A stretch of DNA of 64,000 nucleotides from Schizosaccharomyces osmophilus (Eukaryota): positions 124,001-188,000 of the forward strand of contig NC_079238.1 in NCBI RefSeq assembly GCF_027921745.1, given 5' to 3'. Below the pieces are notes generated by a model. The model ran no database searches. It was not told the DNA's origin and worked only from the letters and a program-made list of their open reading frames with translations. Positions 37,008 through 48,630 of this stretch are shown one piece after another. Position numbers and translations under genes: made by a program. Position 1 is the stretch's first letter; the number at the start of each line of letters is the position of its first letter.

Positions 37008-37294
37008 TATAATAAACCATTCGCACTTACTGCAAAAGCTGACCGTTATTTATATATCTTCAAAAATAGGCGAAAATTAGAAGTGACCTATATGTGACGT
37101 GCATCCAGAACAACAGTTAAACGATTGATTAGGCCCTTCAAATCTTCTCATACAAAAAAGATTTACCTTTGTTTGATTATTTCCCAGTAGTTTACCAATA
37201 TAAACATTAGTTAATGTAGACGTACTGTATACTATCATAATTTACTATTTGTTGTTGTTTTTTTTTTTTTTTTTTTTTGCCCCAAGGGGGGAAA

Positions 37295-37421
37295 CCCCGG
37301 GAGAGCAGGAGTACCATGTTGTCTCCAACCGTAGTACGAAACTAACAAGGCCCTCAGACGTTTTCACTTACTGCACTGATCGGACGGAAACTGGTGTTTT
37401 TGCCTAGGTGTGGCCGTAGAC
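37295..37421 (-). pseudogene. 5S rRNA pseudogene A
   Basis: GTCTACGGCCACACCTAGGC...GGTTGGAGACAACATGG with two insertions and a scrambled 3' end. Confidence 0.88.
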
Positions 37422-37620
37422 GTTGATTCGCTTTGTAAAAGCAATAAAAGCAATGCGTCTTGGTGTAGTTGTGTCTTTAGCGTTGTGTCAACTTGATGTC
37501 CTTTAAGATCCATCCCTACTTATTTTGTCGCGGTTGAATCGAGAACGATTTTATATTAAAAAAACGATATTTGAAAACACACTGTTTTTCTCTTTTCTAT
37601 GAAATCGCATCCTACTAGGC

Positions 37621-37800
37621 TGTCACAGCTTGTGTTTCTACGCCGCTAAGTGTAAGACTCAGTGTATGAGTAAATGGGTTGTACTTACATATATTCGGAT
37701 CCACTTATATATTTTCATAGTGCGTTGATTTATCTCTATATAAATGATAAATTAATTTATTAATCTACATCAGTCTGATCTGAAGATCTGAAGATTTGGC
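37621..37800 (-). repeat. Diverged solo LTR (U5-R part; far end not resolved)
   Basis: Starts TGTCAC; ATCAGTC..ATCTGAAGATTTG matches the R core of the other LTRs at similar spacing. Confidence 0.5.
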
Positions 37801-38175
37801 TTTCTACATTGTGAATGAAAGTAATCACTGTTGATACTCGCTGTCTTGCTGACCATTCATGAAAGACATGCAATTACACGACACTTTGTTCAGCTGAAGT
37901 TATAGTTAATTACGATGGTATTTTCGTCAGAATAATTATAATCATTAAAAAGGGTGTTCTATTCACGAAGAAGATGAACAATGCGTAAACAACGATGCTG
38001 TGAAACGAATCAACAGATTCATGAAAGAGCGAATGAGAAAAGCAATTAAAGCTATCATATTAAGATAATGCTTACTTTGGTGGATGCGAATGCAGAAACT
38101 TGATGGGCTGCAATTGACATGGATGCTTCCAAAGAAGATGCGATATATAAAGAATGAAAGCAGGTTCGGTAAAAC

Positions 38176-39374
38176 TCAAACTTCAGCGCTTTGCTCAGCA
38201 AGAGGCTGAAGTTCGATTCCTTCGTTCTGAGGTACTTGCTCTCCTCGATTTGTATCTTTAAAATAGGTTAATTAAAGCCCTAACGATAGCAAGAATTTAC
38301 GAAGTGTACATACCTAAAATACGATCCACAGTGTTTCCTATGCCGTTTCCTATTCCGTTTACGCCGACGCCTATTCCGTTTCCTATTCCGTTTACGCCGC
38401 TTCCTATTCCGTTTTTTAAATCAATAATAACTAATCTTAGTAGTTCACGCGCATTTGCATTCACTAGAACTGTTAGATATTTCGCGGGTGTATGACATAC
38501 TCGTCAATAAAAAAAACAAGACAACGTTAACAAAACAAACAAAATAGAAAATATTATTGTTTATCTTTTCAAATCCTGTCAACTTTTTTGCAGCATAATA
38601 CACGGTGAAACCAAGGACATCGAGAAAACACACATATAATGCTGAGATACACAGAGCTGACAATACGTTTTTGGTTGCTCTTCCAGATTTCTTTAGAACC
38701 TTTTTGGTTGATCTTCCAGCTTGCGTGAACCATTCTTTAGGCATTTGAAATATTGCTAACAATTAATAAATCTTTCAAAATAAAAGACAGCGCTAACTTA
38801 CCAAACAAAAACAATGCAAAGGATGCTACACAGCCAGCAGAAAGCCCCCAAAGGTCTAGCGCATTCAAAGAAAGCTTGAAATAAAAGAATACGACAAGAA
38901 AAATAGCATAAAATATCATATACGCAAAAGATGTAAAAAGCAACAAGTGCATTATAATCTGCCACGTATTCGTCCAACCCGATCCAGAGTTATTAACAGA
39001 TTCTTGGGCGGAATTCTGAGCGGATCCATCAGCCATTTCGAGATCAATAAATTTGGTTGAAGCTAATGGATGTATTAGTAACTGTTCTTTCGTTGTTTGT
39101 TAAAGGATAGAGGTATTCGCCCTGTTTGTTGACAGTTATCGACAAGGTTATTAGTTTCAAACCCGACAAATATATAAACAAGCATGATTCTTCCATCATG
39201 AGCCGTTCCAACAAAAACACAAAGAATTAACGTCTCTATTTTAATTCAACAAAGCTTACCTGTATACGGAGGAGGCGTACCATCTGAAGGAGACGACCGA
39301 CTATCTGCCTTTTCATCATTGAGCGTTTTGGAAGAGTCATCAGAATCTGAAATAGGAGTATATTTGTTTTTCAT
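38176..39374 (-). CDS. wtf: wtf family meiotic drive gene, 5 exons (39374-39260, 39062-38802, 38755-38501, 38463-38314, 38255-38176), 286 aa
   Basis: Exon 1 MKNKYTP..PPPY, TM-rich exons 2-3, GIGNG repeats in exon 4, C-terminal SAEV. All four GT-AG introns keep frame, and there is an in-frame ATG at 39036. Confidence 0.92.
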
Positions 39375-39880
39375 ATTTACAATCGCAATTAGATCCCTTT
39401 AATGATACCGATTTTTACACTCTAAACGAAATCAGCTAGAACCACCAAGAAAAGTCCGTAGAAACTGGTTCCACTTCTCAAGGATCTGTCAGGAAAAAAA
39501 AGGAATTGGATCTTGCTTAAAGTAAACTTTGATTTGCAACACAAATGTTTCTTTAAAACCAAAGATGCAAATTTGAAAAAATCTTGGTAGTGGCTTTTCG
39601 CATGTCTCAATTCATAAATCAGCGACATTATGTCACTGACTGGTCACAGTCCTCATTGCGACTTTTCGTAATAGTATAATTCAAAAGAGTCGTCGTTTAT
39701 TACAAAATGTAAACATAGAACCAGCGTTAGAAAGAACAGTGCTAACCAGTTTGAATGATATTCAAACAGGATCGGACTTTGCTTTTTCTATAATCACTAG
39801 TATCATTAAGTCAAAGGACCATGCCGATCAAAATGACAGCCAGGCGATGATAATATTTAAAAAAGGCAAAAACTAGGAAA

Positions 39881-40005
39881 AGCCTACAGCACCCTGGATT
39901 CCCATGTTGTCTCCAACCATAGTACTAACGAAGCCCTCAGACGTTTTCACTTAACTGCAGTGATCGGACGGGAACTGGTGTTTTCGCCTAGGTGTGTTCG
40001 TAGAT
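39881..40005 (-). rRNA. 5S rRNA copy B, near full length with a 6-nt insertion (probably non-functional)
   Basis: 125 nt = fission-yeast 5S plus TGAAAA inserted after GTTAAG; followed by a short T run. Confidence 0.85.
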
Positions 40006-42434
40006 ACCAAATTACTATACCATATAATTATTTAATCTTTCAATTTCTCTCAAAAGCGAGTTCTTTTGCCATCGGTGGCGGTAGTTGTAAACCACAGCTT
40101 GCTTCCAGTGACCCAAAATTACTTACGACTTGTCAATTGGTTGCTTTATCCATAAGAAAATTAGGAATTACAACCCAGTCTCCTAAGGAGGAAACAAACA
40201 AAATTATCTTTTAATTGAATTGAGCAATATTATAGGAGCAGTGACTGGGTAAATCTGGAATGCTTAAAGTTCCACAACAAAGTTATCTCATTTATTTTGC
40301 TCCCATACTCCTTTATATTTTAAAAGTATCTCCTTTCAGTACATATTAATCATAGGTCTGGTAGTTTTTGAAAACGAATGCCATCTGTCTTGTCTTATTT
40401 CCCATCGTTATAGTGGACAAGTTTTTGTAGGCTTTTTAAACACGAAACATTATAAACGTAAACACGATAGTTCCTTTTTGAATATGGAATATAAGTTGCT
40501 CGTTAGACGCCCGAAATAATGGTGTGGAATAGCAATATTGCACAAGAAATGACTTTGCAAGGTCGTCCAAACTCGAAGAACTAGTGTTTCCAGTTCGTAG
40601 AACCAGACGCAATGGAAAAGTTATAATTGACCTCGTAGCCAAACGATCATGTCCACCACAACTAAACTCACAAGTTAGCAAGTAATTCAACATACTTTTA
40701 CATTTCCAATATAAGGATACCTCTTACCAAAAAAGTACAGCGAAAATATAAAAGGATATCACAGATTCAAAGTATAGCGAATCCCCAGCAGCCAGGTAAA
40801 TTCTTTAAACACTTTGACACTCTATCAGAAAATTTACAAAGTATAAGAGGATAATCATCATCGTATAAAAATAACGCTTATTAAAAACATCGAGAATAAT
40901 TTGCTTCTCCCGCTGTGATTGCTGGAGCTAATCGGACATTGTACCGGCTTGCAGATGCAATCGAGAAACCAAGTTTCGACTCACACTGACTCATGGACAT
41001 AATTCTCAAGGATTTGATGATTATCTGATTTATCTTTTTACATACTTGAAGTGTAGTATAGGAAAGAGGATTGGGTGTAAACAAAACTTTTCTCCAAGTC
41101 ATCCCCATTGTCGAGGTAAATTTCTAAGTAGTTGGGTTATTTCACTGAAAGGTACTTTCCTTCAAATTGTTATATTAACCAAGTGCATAATGCTGTCTCT
41201 TTAGCAAGTTTTAGTTGTCCATTCTCGCTTTTCACTCGTAAGCAAACCTGAAGTTTTACAATTCTATCGCTTCTTTTTCTTTTAATTTCTATACGGAACG
41301 TTTTGTACACTTCTTGGAGTATGATTTGAGGGTCCTCGTTCAAGTAGAGGTTTGTTTGCAAAAATGAAGCCGTGGTGAAATGTAAAATTTGTCATTTCAA
41401 TCGTTTCGCGAGGCTTGCGAAATTTCTCAATATCTCCTTTTATGTTTGTTAAATGTATCCTAAGGAAACGTCTACAGTTTGCGATCCTTTTCGCTAAATA
41501 GTAAACAATAAACAAGCGATGGAATAGGTTCACAAAAAAAAAAAAAAAAAAAAAAAACTGGAGCTACATCACCTTTGCATGAACATTTACAGTAGAATGG
41601 TTATTGGCAAAAGTATTGGTAGCTAACGACAGTGTCCGCAACGACAAAGTCGTTTGGGTCCAATAGAATAGTACAAAAAGAAACCCTCCCTAAAAAAGCA
41701 ATGTTAATTCCGTTAGTTATTCTCATATTTAGTAAAGATTACGGCTGTGATATATACACTGGTATTGAATAGCATAAGGCAAATGAGACTTTGTTACAGT
41801 TCGTAGATAAATTGATGTTATTCAACGTCGAAATACATCAAAAACTACTGGATTCAAAGATACATATTGATAGAAGCAGAGTAGTGAACAATGTTTTAAA
41901 GTTATCCTGTGTATACATACATACCTTGAAGGCAAAAAAATGGATTTGAATAATTCTAATACTTATAATTATTATTATAATACTAAATGCAATTTGAGTA
42001 CTTTGTAAGCTTATTCGTTTTTCCTCTCGAAACGCCCGTTAAGCGATTTCGCCTATGAAGACTCATTTGTCTCTCAGATTTGGATTTTGATTTGGATCTA
42101 ATGAATATCTCAATTAGATGAAACAAATAGATAATGTCGTATATTGCGTGCTTATTCCCATGTTTCTTTGTTCTCTTTGATAGTCAAAGTATACAAGATT
42201 GTGCATGGAACGAAATAGTTGCAGCAGCAACCATAATAAAAGAATTACTGAACATCAGGAAGAAATTCATTTTTTGAATTTTGTTAATAATAAATAGCCT
42301 TGCAGGAATCGGCATTTCATTTAAAAGCAGGGTTTAAAAAATAAAAGAAAAAAAAAAATTTCCCAGTTTATTGACTTTTTTGGCAGCTACGGTTCTTTCT
42401 TGTTTGTATTTTTATTTTTTGGATTCTTTTGATC

Positions 42435-44180
42435 ATGAACAACAGTAAATTAAACGATTTGGAGGGAGAAATAAAGTCTCGTTCGGAAACATCTCGTTTG
42501 TTGGATTCAAATTCCTACCAGCAAACGACTTTTCAAGTTACTCCTACAGACCCAACACGCGAACTTCATACTGAAACCGAAAATGATACCAAACATAATG
42601 CTAGTATAAGCATATCTCCTCTAAGTCCAAACCCTCGTATAATACCAAACTTCATTTGGATAGAAGTTTCGTTGCTTTTAAACGTATTTCTTGCTGGCTT
42701 TGATGGGACAGTTACAGCTTCTGCTTATACTACAATCGGTGAAGAGTTTCATGCTGTAAATTTAGCATCATGGATAACCACCTCGTATCTAATAACAAGT
42801 ACTACTTTTCAGCCTTTATACGGATCGTTTTCAGACATATTAGGAAGACGAGTATGTCTACTTATGGCATCGGGTTTGTTTTGCCTGGGTTGTCTATGGT
42901 GCTACTTTACTAATGGAATCATTTCATTAATTTTTGCAAGAAGCTTTATGGGGATTGGAGGAGGAGGATTGATTACTCTGTCCACAATCATCAACTCGGA
43001 TATCATTCCGACTAGAAAACGGGGACTGTTCCAAGCGTTCCAAAACCTAGTACTGGGATTCGGGGCTATTTGCGGCGCATCTTTTGGAGGCGTACTTTCT
43101 GAAGCATTTAGCTGGAGATTCTGTTTTCTCATCCAAGTTCCTTTTTCATTGTTAAGTATTGCTGCAGGATATTCCTTTGTACAAAATCAAGCGGGTATCA
43201 AGAAATTACCTCATTTTCGAAGTCTTTTAGAGAAGATTGATATATTGGGAGGATTCCTCTTGGTATGTGGGTTGTCAGCGTTGTTGTTGGTTTTAACGTT
43301 TGCTGGCACACGTTCCACAGATAATTATGGACTTTCTCAGTTGCTACTTTTATTTTTATTAGGAGTGCTGTTTCTTTCTGCGTTTGTATATATAGAATTT
43401 ACAACGAAAGCAGCGCCAATTATTCCATTAAAATCGCTTCAAGGGTTATACAGTACCCTTGTTTTAACGATTGGGTTTTTCACTGGATTAGCAGGATACG
43501 CTTATTTATTTACACTCCCTTTATTGTTTCAACTAGTACTAGGGGATAGCCCTTCCAAAGCCGGACTTCGTCTTGCTTTACCTTCCTTGTCTACACCTAT
43601 AGGAGGATTGATTTGTGGTATTCTCATGCACCAACGTGTTCGTATAGGGCCCCTGCTTTTTTCGGGAGTGTTTCTCATGTCTTTGGGCTATGTGCTTAGT
43701 TTGTTTGTTTATCCTGGCATATCACCAATCCTACTAGGTCTATTTCTGATTCCAGCAAACGTTGGGCAAGGTATAGGATTTCCAAGCTCATTATTTTCAT
43801 TTATATTTGCCTTTCCTCAAGATTCACATGCGACATCTACGTCAACGCTTTATCTTATTAGAAGCATCGGTTCATTGTTTGGCGTAGGGGGATTGTCGGC
43901 GGTCATTCAATTGACTCTCAGGAAAAAGTTATCTGCTGACTTGTCAGAAACCACGAATTTCAATGAAAACCAGATTCGTGAGATTATACATAAAGTTACT
44001 GAATCCATGTCTTCTTTATACGATCTACCAGACGCTATTCAGAGAATAGTATTATCTGATTATACTTTCGCCATTCGAAAGGCACAGAAGTTTACTATGA
44101 TTTGCTGTTTTATAGCCCTTTTCCTGTGTATTTTAAAAGACCTAATAAGACCGAAGACGCATTCCGGATTTCGCTATTAG
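42435..44180 (+). CDS. Vacuolar amino-acid MFS transporter (Vba/Fnx family)
   Basis: FLAGFDGTVTAS, QPLYGSFSDILGRR and SDIIPTRKRGLFQ motifs. Confidence 0.85.
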   Translation: MNNSKLNDLEGEIKSRSETSRLLDSNSYQQTTFQVTPTDPTRELHTETENDTKHNASISISPLSPNPRIIPNFIWIEVSLLLNVFLAGFDGTVTASAYTTIGEEFHAVNLASWITTSYLITSTTFQPLYGSFSDILGRRVCLLMASGLFCLGCLWCYFTNGIISLIFARSFMGIGGGGLITLSTIINSDIIPTRKRGLFQAFQNLVLGFGAICGASFGGVLSEAFSWRFCFLIQVPFSLLSIAAGYSFVQNQAGIKKLPHFRSLLEKIDILGGFLLVCGLSALLLVLTFAGTRSTDNYGLSQLLLLFLLGVLFLSAFVYIEFTTKAAPIIPLKSLQGLYSTLVLTIGFFTGLAGYAYLFTLPLLFQLVLGDSPSKAGLRLALPSLSTPIGGLICGILMHQRVRIGPLLFSGVFLMSLGYVLSLFVYPGISPILLGLFLIPANVGQGIGFPSSLFSFIFAFPQDSHATSTSTLYLIRSIGSLFGVGGLSAVIQLTLRKKLSADLSETTNFNENQIREIIHKVTESMSSLYDLPDAIQRIVLSDYTFAIRKAQKFTMICCFIALFLCILKDLIRPKTHSGFRY

Positions 44181-44676
44181 GTTTTGCGGCCGGCTTATCA
44201 CGTCGAAAGTAATGGTGAGAAAAGAAACATGCAATCGACAAATAAAAGAAGTTTAGACAACTTCAAATGTTCGAAGTGACTGAAAAATTCCTCATTTGTA
44301 CTAATAAATCATTCCTTAATTTTTTAATGCATTTACCTAAGGTGGACTAGTTTTATGCTGTCATTGTGAATGATTATAGACTTCATTACGATACACGTAG
44401 AATGCAAAATTATCTGTTGGCTTATTTTTTTTTTTCAATAAAATGGTAAAAGGAAGAGGAAAGCCGAATAAAAGATATGAAATCTCTAACAAAGCATAAA
44501 AATTAGCTTATACTTGCTTTAATACCTAGTTAGGAGTAACGCTCTTCTGATCGGTATTGTACTAGCTTGGCGATAGAAAGATTACCTGGAGAAAAGGAGC
44601 AAAGAGGATCCTTCGTAGGAAGCAAAAGAGATTAAAGCAAGAAAGCGGAAACCAATAAAGATATGAAAAAAATGAA

Positions 44677-44793
44677 GGCCTATAGCACTCCCATGTTGTC
44701 TCCAACCGTAGTACTGACGGGGCTCTTCTCAATGGACGCTCAACTGCAGTGGCCAGACGGGACTGGTGTTTTCGTCTACGTGTGGCCATAGAC
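44677..44793 (-). pseudogene. 5S rRNA pseudogene C
   Basis: GTCTATGGCCACAC..GAAAACACCAG..GGTTGGAGACAACATGGGA..GTGCTATAGGC with indels. Confidence 0.85.
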
Positions 44794-46254
44794 ATTTGTA
44801 GTATTCATGTAAACTAATTTATATTTGATATATTTGGATATTCAGATTCGTCTCGCTTTCTGCTCAACCATCGTTTTGGCAGGACTTAATGAATTTTTAT
44901 ACGGTACATTATGGATTACTTTTGTCATTGATTCTACATTTTCTCATATTATTTTTGTCATTCAATATTGCATAAAATGTTCAAAGAAGAATTGTTACGC
45001 AGAATGCATTCGTGCTTGGATTATATTGACCGTAAATTCTATAGCAATAACTTCTTACAAAAAGGAAGCATACGAAGGGGGACGAAATTAACGAAATGAA
45101 GTAAAAACCAACGTGCAAAGAAATAAACAAACCATGCTTGTCGTCGCACGTAAAAGTGAATTTTTAGCCAATCTGGTATGACTACGAAAAGCATAGTGAA
45201 TGAAAAATTTTAGCGGCTTACGTGTCTTCGGCTTGACCATAATTTTAATCTCAAAATGTAAACAGTGGTAAAGAAACGAAACAAACGCTGTAAACGAAAA
45301 AGAACGGATCCATCATTTGCTTTTCTCTTTTCGTACGACCATAATTTATGCAGCTACTTTTTGTAAAAAATGCAATTTTCTATTTGCATTTTAGCCTTCG
45401 CAATTTGCTTTTCGTATGCATAACATGTGACAATTTATGATCCTATGTCTTTAGTAAACAAAACGAATGCCAGTGCGAGAATTGCTAATTACCCGCTTTA
45501 AACGAGCTTTTCCATACGATTTCAACTGGAATGGAAACCATTCCTTCATCCAACATCCTCCTCCTATTGACAGACAAGGAACACTCACGTACTTGGAATA
45601 TGTCAGCTCGATCCTGACAGTTCCTGCTAATAATACCAGTGTCAAATGTATATATACACAGGGAAAGAACCCATATGCTATACTGGTGGTTCCCCAAAAT
45701 GCTTTAACATGTCAAGCACCTAAAACAACGTTGAAGATTTCATGAACGATTCCTCCCATGTACTTGATGAGGACAAAATGAAGCTTTTCTGGCGAACTGA
45801 GAGTTACTATGTGATGACTCCACAAGACATATGCGTATTTGAATTCACATATGAGAGGCTCCAAGAGCGATCCACTTAAAGTATACACTAGCTATTTGTA
45901 TCCTTGCAAACCTGCATATTTGACTATATGAGTTCGCAATTAGCCATAATACGGATTCTTCCAACCGTACTGCTTATATGGGAACTACAAACGTTTTGAA
46001 AATCAAGATATGACTTTGCGGACTATTTTGATTCACAACGAGAAAAATTGCAAGACACACAAATTTATCTTTTATCCCGCCATAGTTCAAGTCAATTTCG
46101 AATCGTAATACTGCAAGCCAAACTGAATTGGTGTTGCCTTCATCCTCAACTGACAATAAAACAAATAAATTGCTGTACATTTTGTAATAAAAACTAAATC
46201 ACAAGGAACAATGCTATCTATTTTAGAAATTTGTATACCTCTAGTTGAACGTTC

Positions 46255-46460
46255 AAATCATTAGATTAGAAGATTTGACTGATCTAGCTAAATAAATTGT
46301 CCTTACAACTTTGTTAAGTGAATCAGATTCCTGGAAGCTATTACTGTTCATTCTAATAGTACTTCAAGTATCCAATTTTGTAAATAATTCCTTTTTTAAA
46401 CTGTGAATTAATTTCTACTCAATACTTATTCTCATTAAAAGTGAGACTTTGGCTGTGACA
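46255..46460 (+). repeat. Solo LTR (R-U5 recognisable; U3 extends upstream, start unresolved)
   Basis: GAAGATTTGACTGATCTAGCTAAATAAATTG...GTGAGACTT..TGTGACA matches the reverse complement of the element LTRs. Confidence 0.85.
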
Positions 46461-46827
46461 GAAAACACCAATTCATATAGTAATGTTAAATCCATAGCAT
46501 TATATATTATACCACTGGGTGTTTGATGTCATTTTTATATCCACTTCTAACCATTGGCTACGCTTCCACTCACCTTGTTATCATTGTCATCATAGGCGAA
46601 ATATATAAAGGCATGGGTGCGCTCGCAGCACACTCGCGTACTTCCATTAAGTACGAGCAAAACAATCTATTTTATGAAAAATTGACTTGTTATTCTGCCA
46701 TTGATTCATTCCTTGTTTTTGCATTCTTTTTCTAGTCCTTCATTTGTTTTTGTAATCTTTGCCTAATTTATTTATCGTTCAATTCAGTTCTCTTTACCTT
46801 TTTTTTGTTTGATTTCTACAGCCCATT

Positions 46828-48294
46828 ATGTTGCTATCGTCCTGGATTAGTGCCCTGCTGTTCGCGGGAGTGGCTCTCGCTTCTACGTCTGATACATTTA
46901 CTGCAGAAGATGATGATGTTACTTTTGAGATTGCAAATACAAATAGCAGAACTAGCGAATTTCATCCATTCTTTAGAGAAAAAGAAAATTTTCTGTTTCT
47001 ACCTCTTGTTACCCCTCAGAATGTACAGGAGTTCATTTCTTGTGGCTTATCGGCTCCTTTCAGTAATAAATCGAAAAATGCGTACGCTGAACTTCGCCTA
47101 AAAGAAGGCGCGAATGGAACAGTTCATTTCCGAATGATTTCAAACCCAGACTTTTTTCAAGCTTACAAGCATGCCATTGACGGTTTAAAGGACTTCAAAT
47201 TTTTGAAATCTCTTGTTCCAAAAGCTAATGAAAGTTTTCTTGATCATTCTCTTGATTCTAATTCAAACATGAAATCCGCTGTGCAGCTCGTTGACGAAGA
47301 TAATTTATTTTATTGTTTTGTTGGCTACCAGGAGGTTCCAGAAGATATTGAGATTGAATCCTTTGAGGGAGGATATTCTTTCAAACGAAAGGCTAAAGAG
47401 GAGTATGATCCGATTATGTATGTTCACTACGAACCCGACCTAATGAAAGGATATGAATCACCACAATCACTAGATCGTCATTTTCTCTGTTATTCTGTGA
47501 TCTCCGGTTGCATAGGCTTGTATTGGGTTATTCGCTGGCTTCTATCCCCGAAAAGGTTTACATTTACTCAATTCCTTTTGCTGAACTGGTATCTTGCATT
47601 TTTTATAGACCATCCTCTGAAGCAAACAGTATGCACTGGAACGCGTGTTGTAGAACAGCATCCTAATATATACGCGCTTATAATGGTTTTTGGATACTTT
47701 TTCAATGACGGAATTGTACGTTCTTTATTCTATTCATTTGTACTGTCCCTTGCACTCGGTATGGGATATCTTCGACATAGTTCCAAAAAACTGGTTTTTT
47801 TGGTCGTATTACTAGGCTGCGTTCAATGGGTTTTTATTACTGTTGCTCCTTTCGTTTTCCCTGTCCTGTTCTTGCTTCGATCTTCTAAAGCCAAACCTTT
47901 GCAATATTTGTGGATGCTTTATAATTTCGGCTATATTCCTTTGGTTATGCTTCTTGGAAAGTTTTTGGCGGACCGAAAGCATCTTCAATCATCACACCCT
48001 TTTGATGCAAAATATATGAATTTTAGCAAATTCATATTACTTACTATTTTGTCTACGTTTGTGAGCTTGGTAACTCACGTAGGCAGCGCACAATCTTTTT
48101 ATTTTCCACCTGAAAACAGAAAAATTATTTTTGGTGTAACTTTCTTTTGTGTTGTCGCTTATATCTTGAATAGTCATGAAAGAGTGTCGAAAGGCGATAA
48201 AATAAGTAAACCACAAGAGCATTTGCCGTCATTATACAAAGACGATCCTGAAATGGACTTGTCAAATACCGATGAAAAGCTTCCGATCAATTAG
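46828..48294 (+). CDS. Schizosaccharomyces-specific multi-TM protein, similar to the subtelomeric Ftm (5Tm) family
   Basis: Signal peptide, lumenal domain, C-terminal TM block with YWVIRW, HPLKQT and SKKLV segments recalled from Ftm proteins. Confidence 0.65.
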   Translation: MLLSSWISALLFAGVALASTSDTFTAEDDDVTFEIANTNSRTSEFHPFFREKENFLFLPLVTPQNVQEFISCGLSAPFSNKSKNAYAELRLKEGANGTVHFRMISNPDFFQAYKHAIDGLKDFKFLKSLVPKANESFLDHSLDSNSNMKSAVQLVDEDNLFYCFVGYQEVPEDIEIESFEGGYSFKRKAKEEYDPIMYVHYEPDLMKGYESPQSLDRHFLCYSVISGCIGLYWVIRWLLSPKRFTFTQFLLLNWYLAFFIDHPLKQTVCTGTRVVEQHPNIYALIMVFGYFFNDGIVRSLFYSFVLSLALGMGYLRHSSKKLVFLVVLLGCVQWVFITVAPFVFPVLFLLRSSKAKPLQYLWMLYNFGYIPLVMLLGKFLADRKHLQSSHPFDAKYMNFSKFILLTILSTFVSLVTHVGSAQSFYFPPENRKIIFGVTFFCVVAYILNSHERVSKGDKISKPQEHLPSLYKDDPEMDLSNTDEKLPIN

Positions 48295-48558
48295 ATTAGA
48301 TATGTTCGTATCGACCTGTTTGTGAAATATGGAAATAAAACAAATAATAAATGAATTGAAAAAGAAAAAAAAGAAACAAATTGATTGTGGATTTATGAAA
48401 ATAAGGCAAACTAACTAGTCAATCAAATAAACGAGACATCCATTCATATTTAATAAAAAATTATCGATAGAAAATTTCGAGTAAATCCAAAATTATAGTC
48501 TTTTTAAGAGTAGTACTAACCGTCAGCCAAAAGACGTGCTTTTTGATTTAGCCTAGGC

Positions 48559-48630
48559 TGTCACGAAAAAATGAGTTTTCATTTTGAGAATATTCAGACA
48601 CTTGCATCTGGCTTTAAGTTGGATGCAATG
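48559..48630 (-). repeat. Degenerate LTR U5 fragment
   Basis: TGTCACG..TGAGAA..TATTCAG..TTTAAGTTGGATGC colinear with 10036..10140. Confidence 0.5.

Noticed and set aside
38445..39036. Two separate small membrane-protein ORFs (99 and 105 aa) and the antisense PIPF-repeat ORF at 38304
   Set aside because: They are exons 2-3 of wtf read into introns, and the antisense strand of its GIGNG repeats.
39375..39880. Expected wag gene between wtf and the upstream 5S
   Set aside because: Only ~500 bp with no credible gene model.
40260..41533. Chain of short minus-strand ORFs ending near a poly-A run, possibly a decayed gene
   Set aside because: I could not assign any family or a consistent frame; needs BLASTx.
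37615..48564. CTAGGC preceding TGTCAC at both 37621 and 48559, resembling 5S CCTAGGC as a target site
   Set aside because: Only 6 bp at two weakly supported LTR remnants; compatible with chance.
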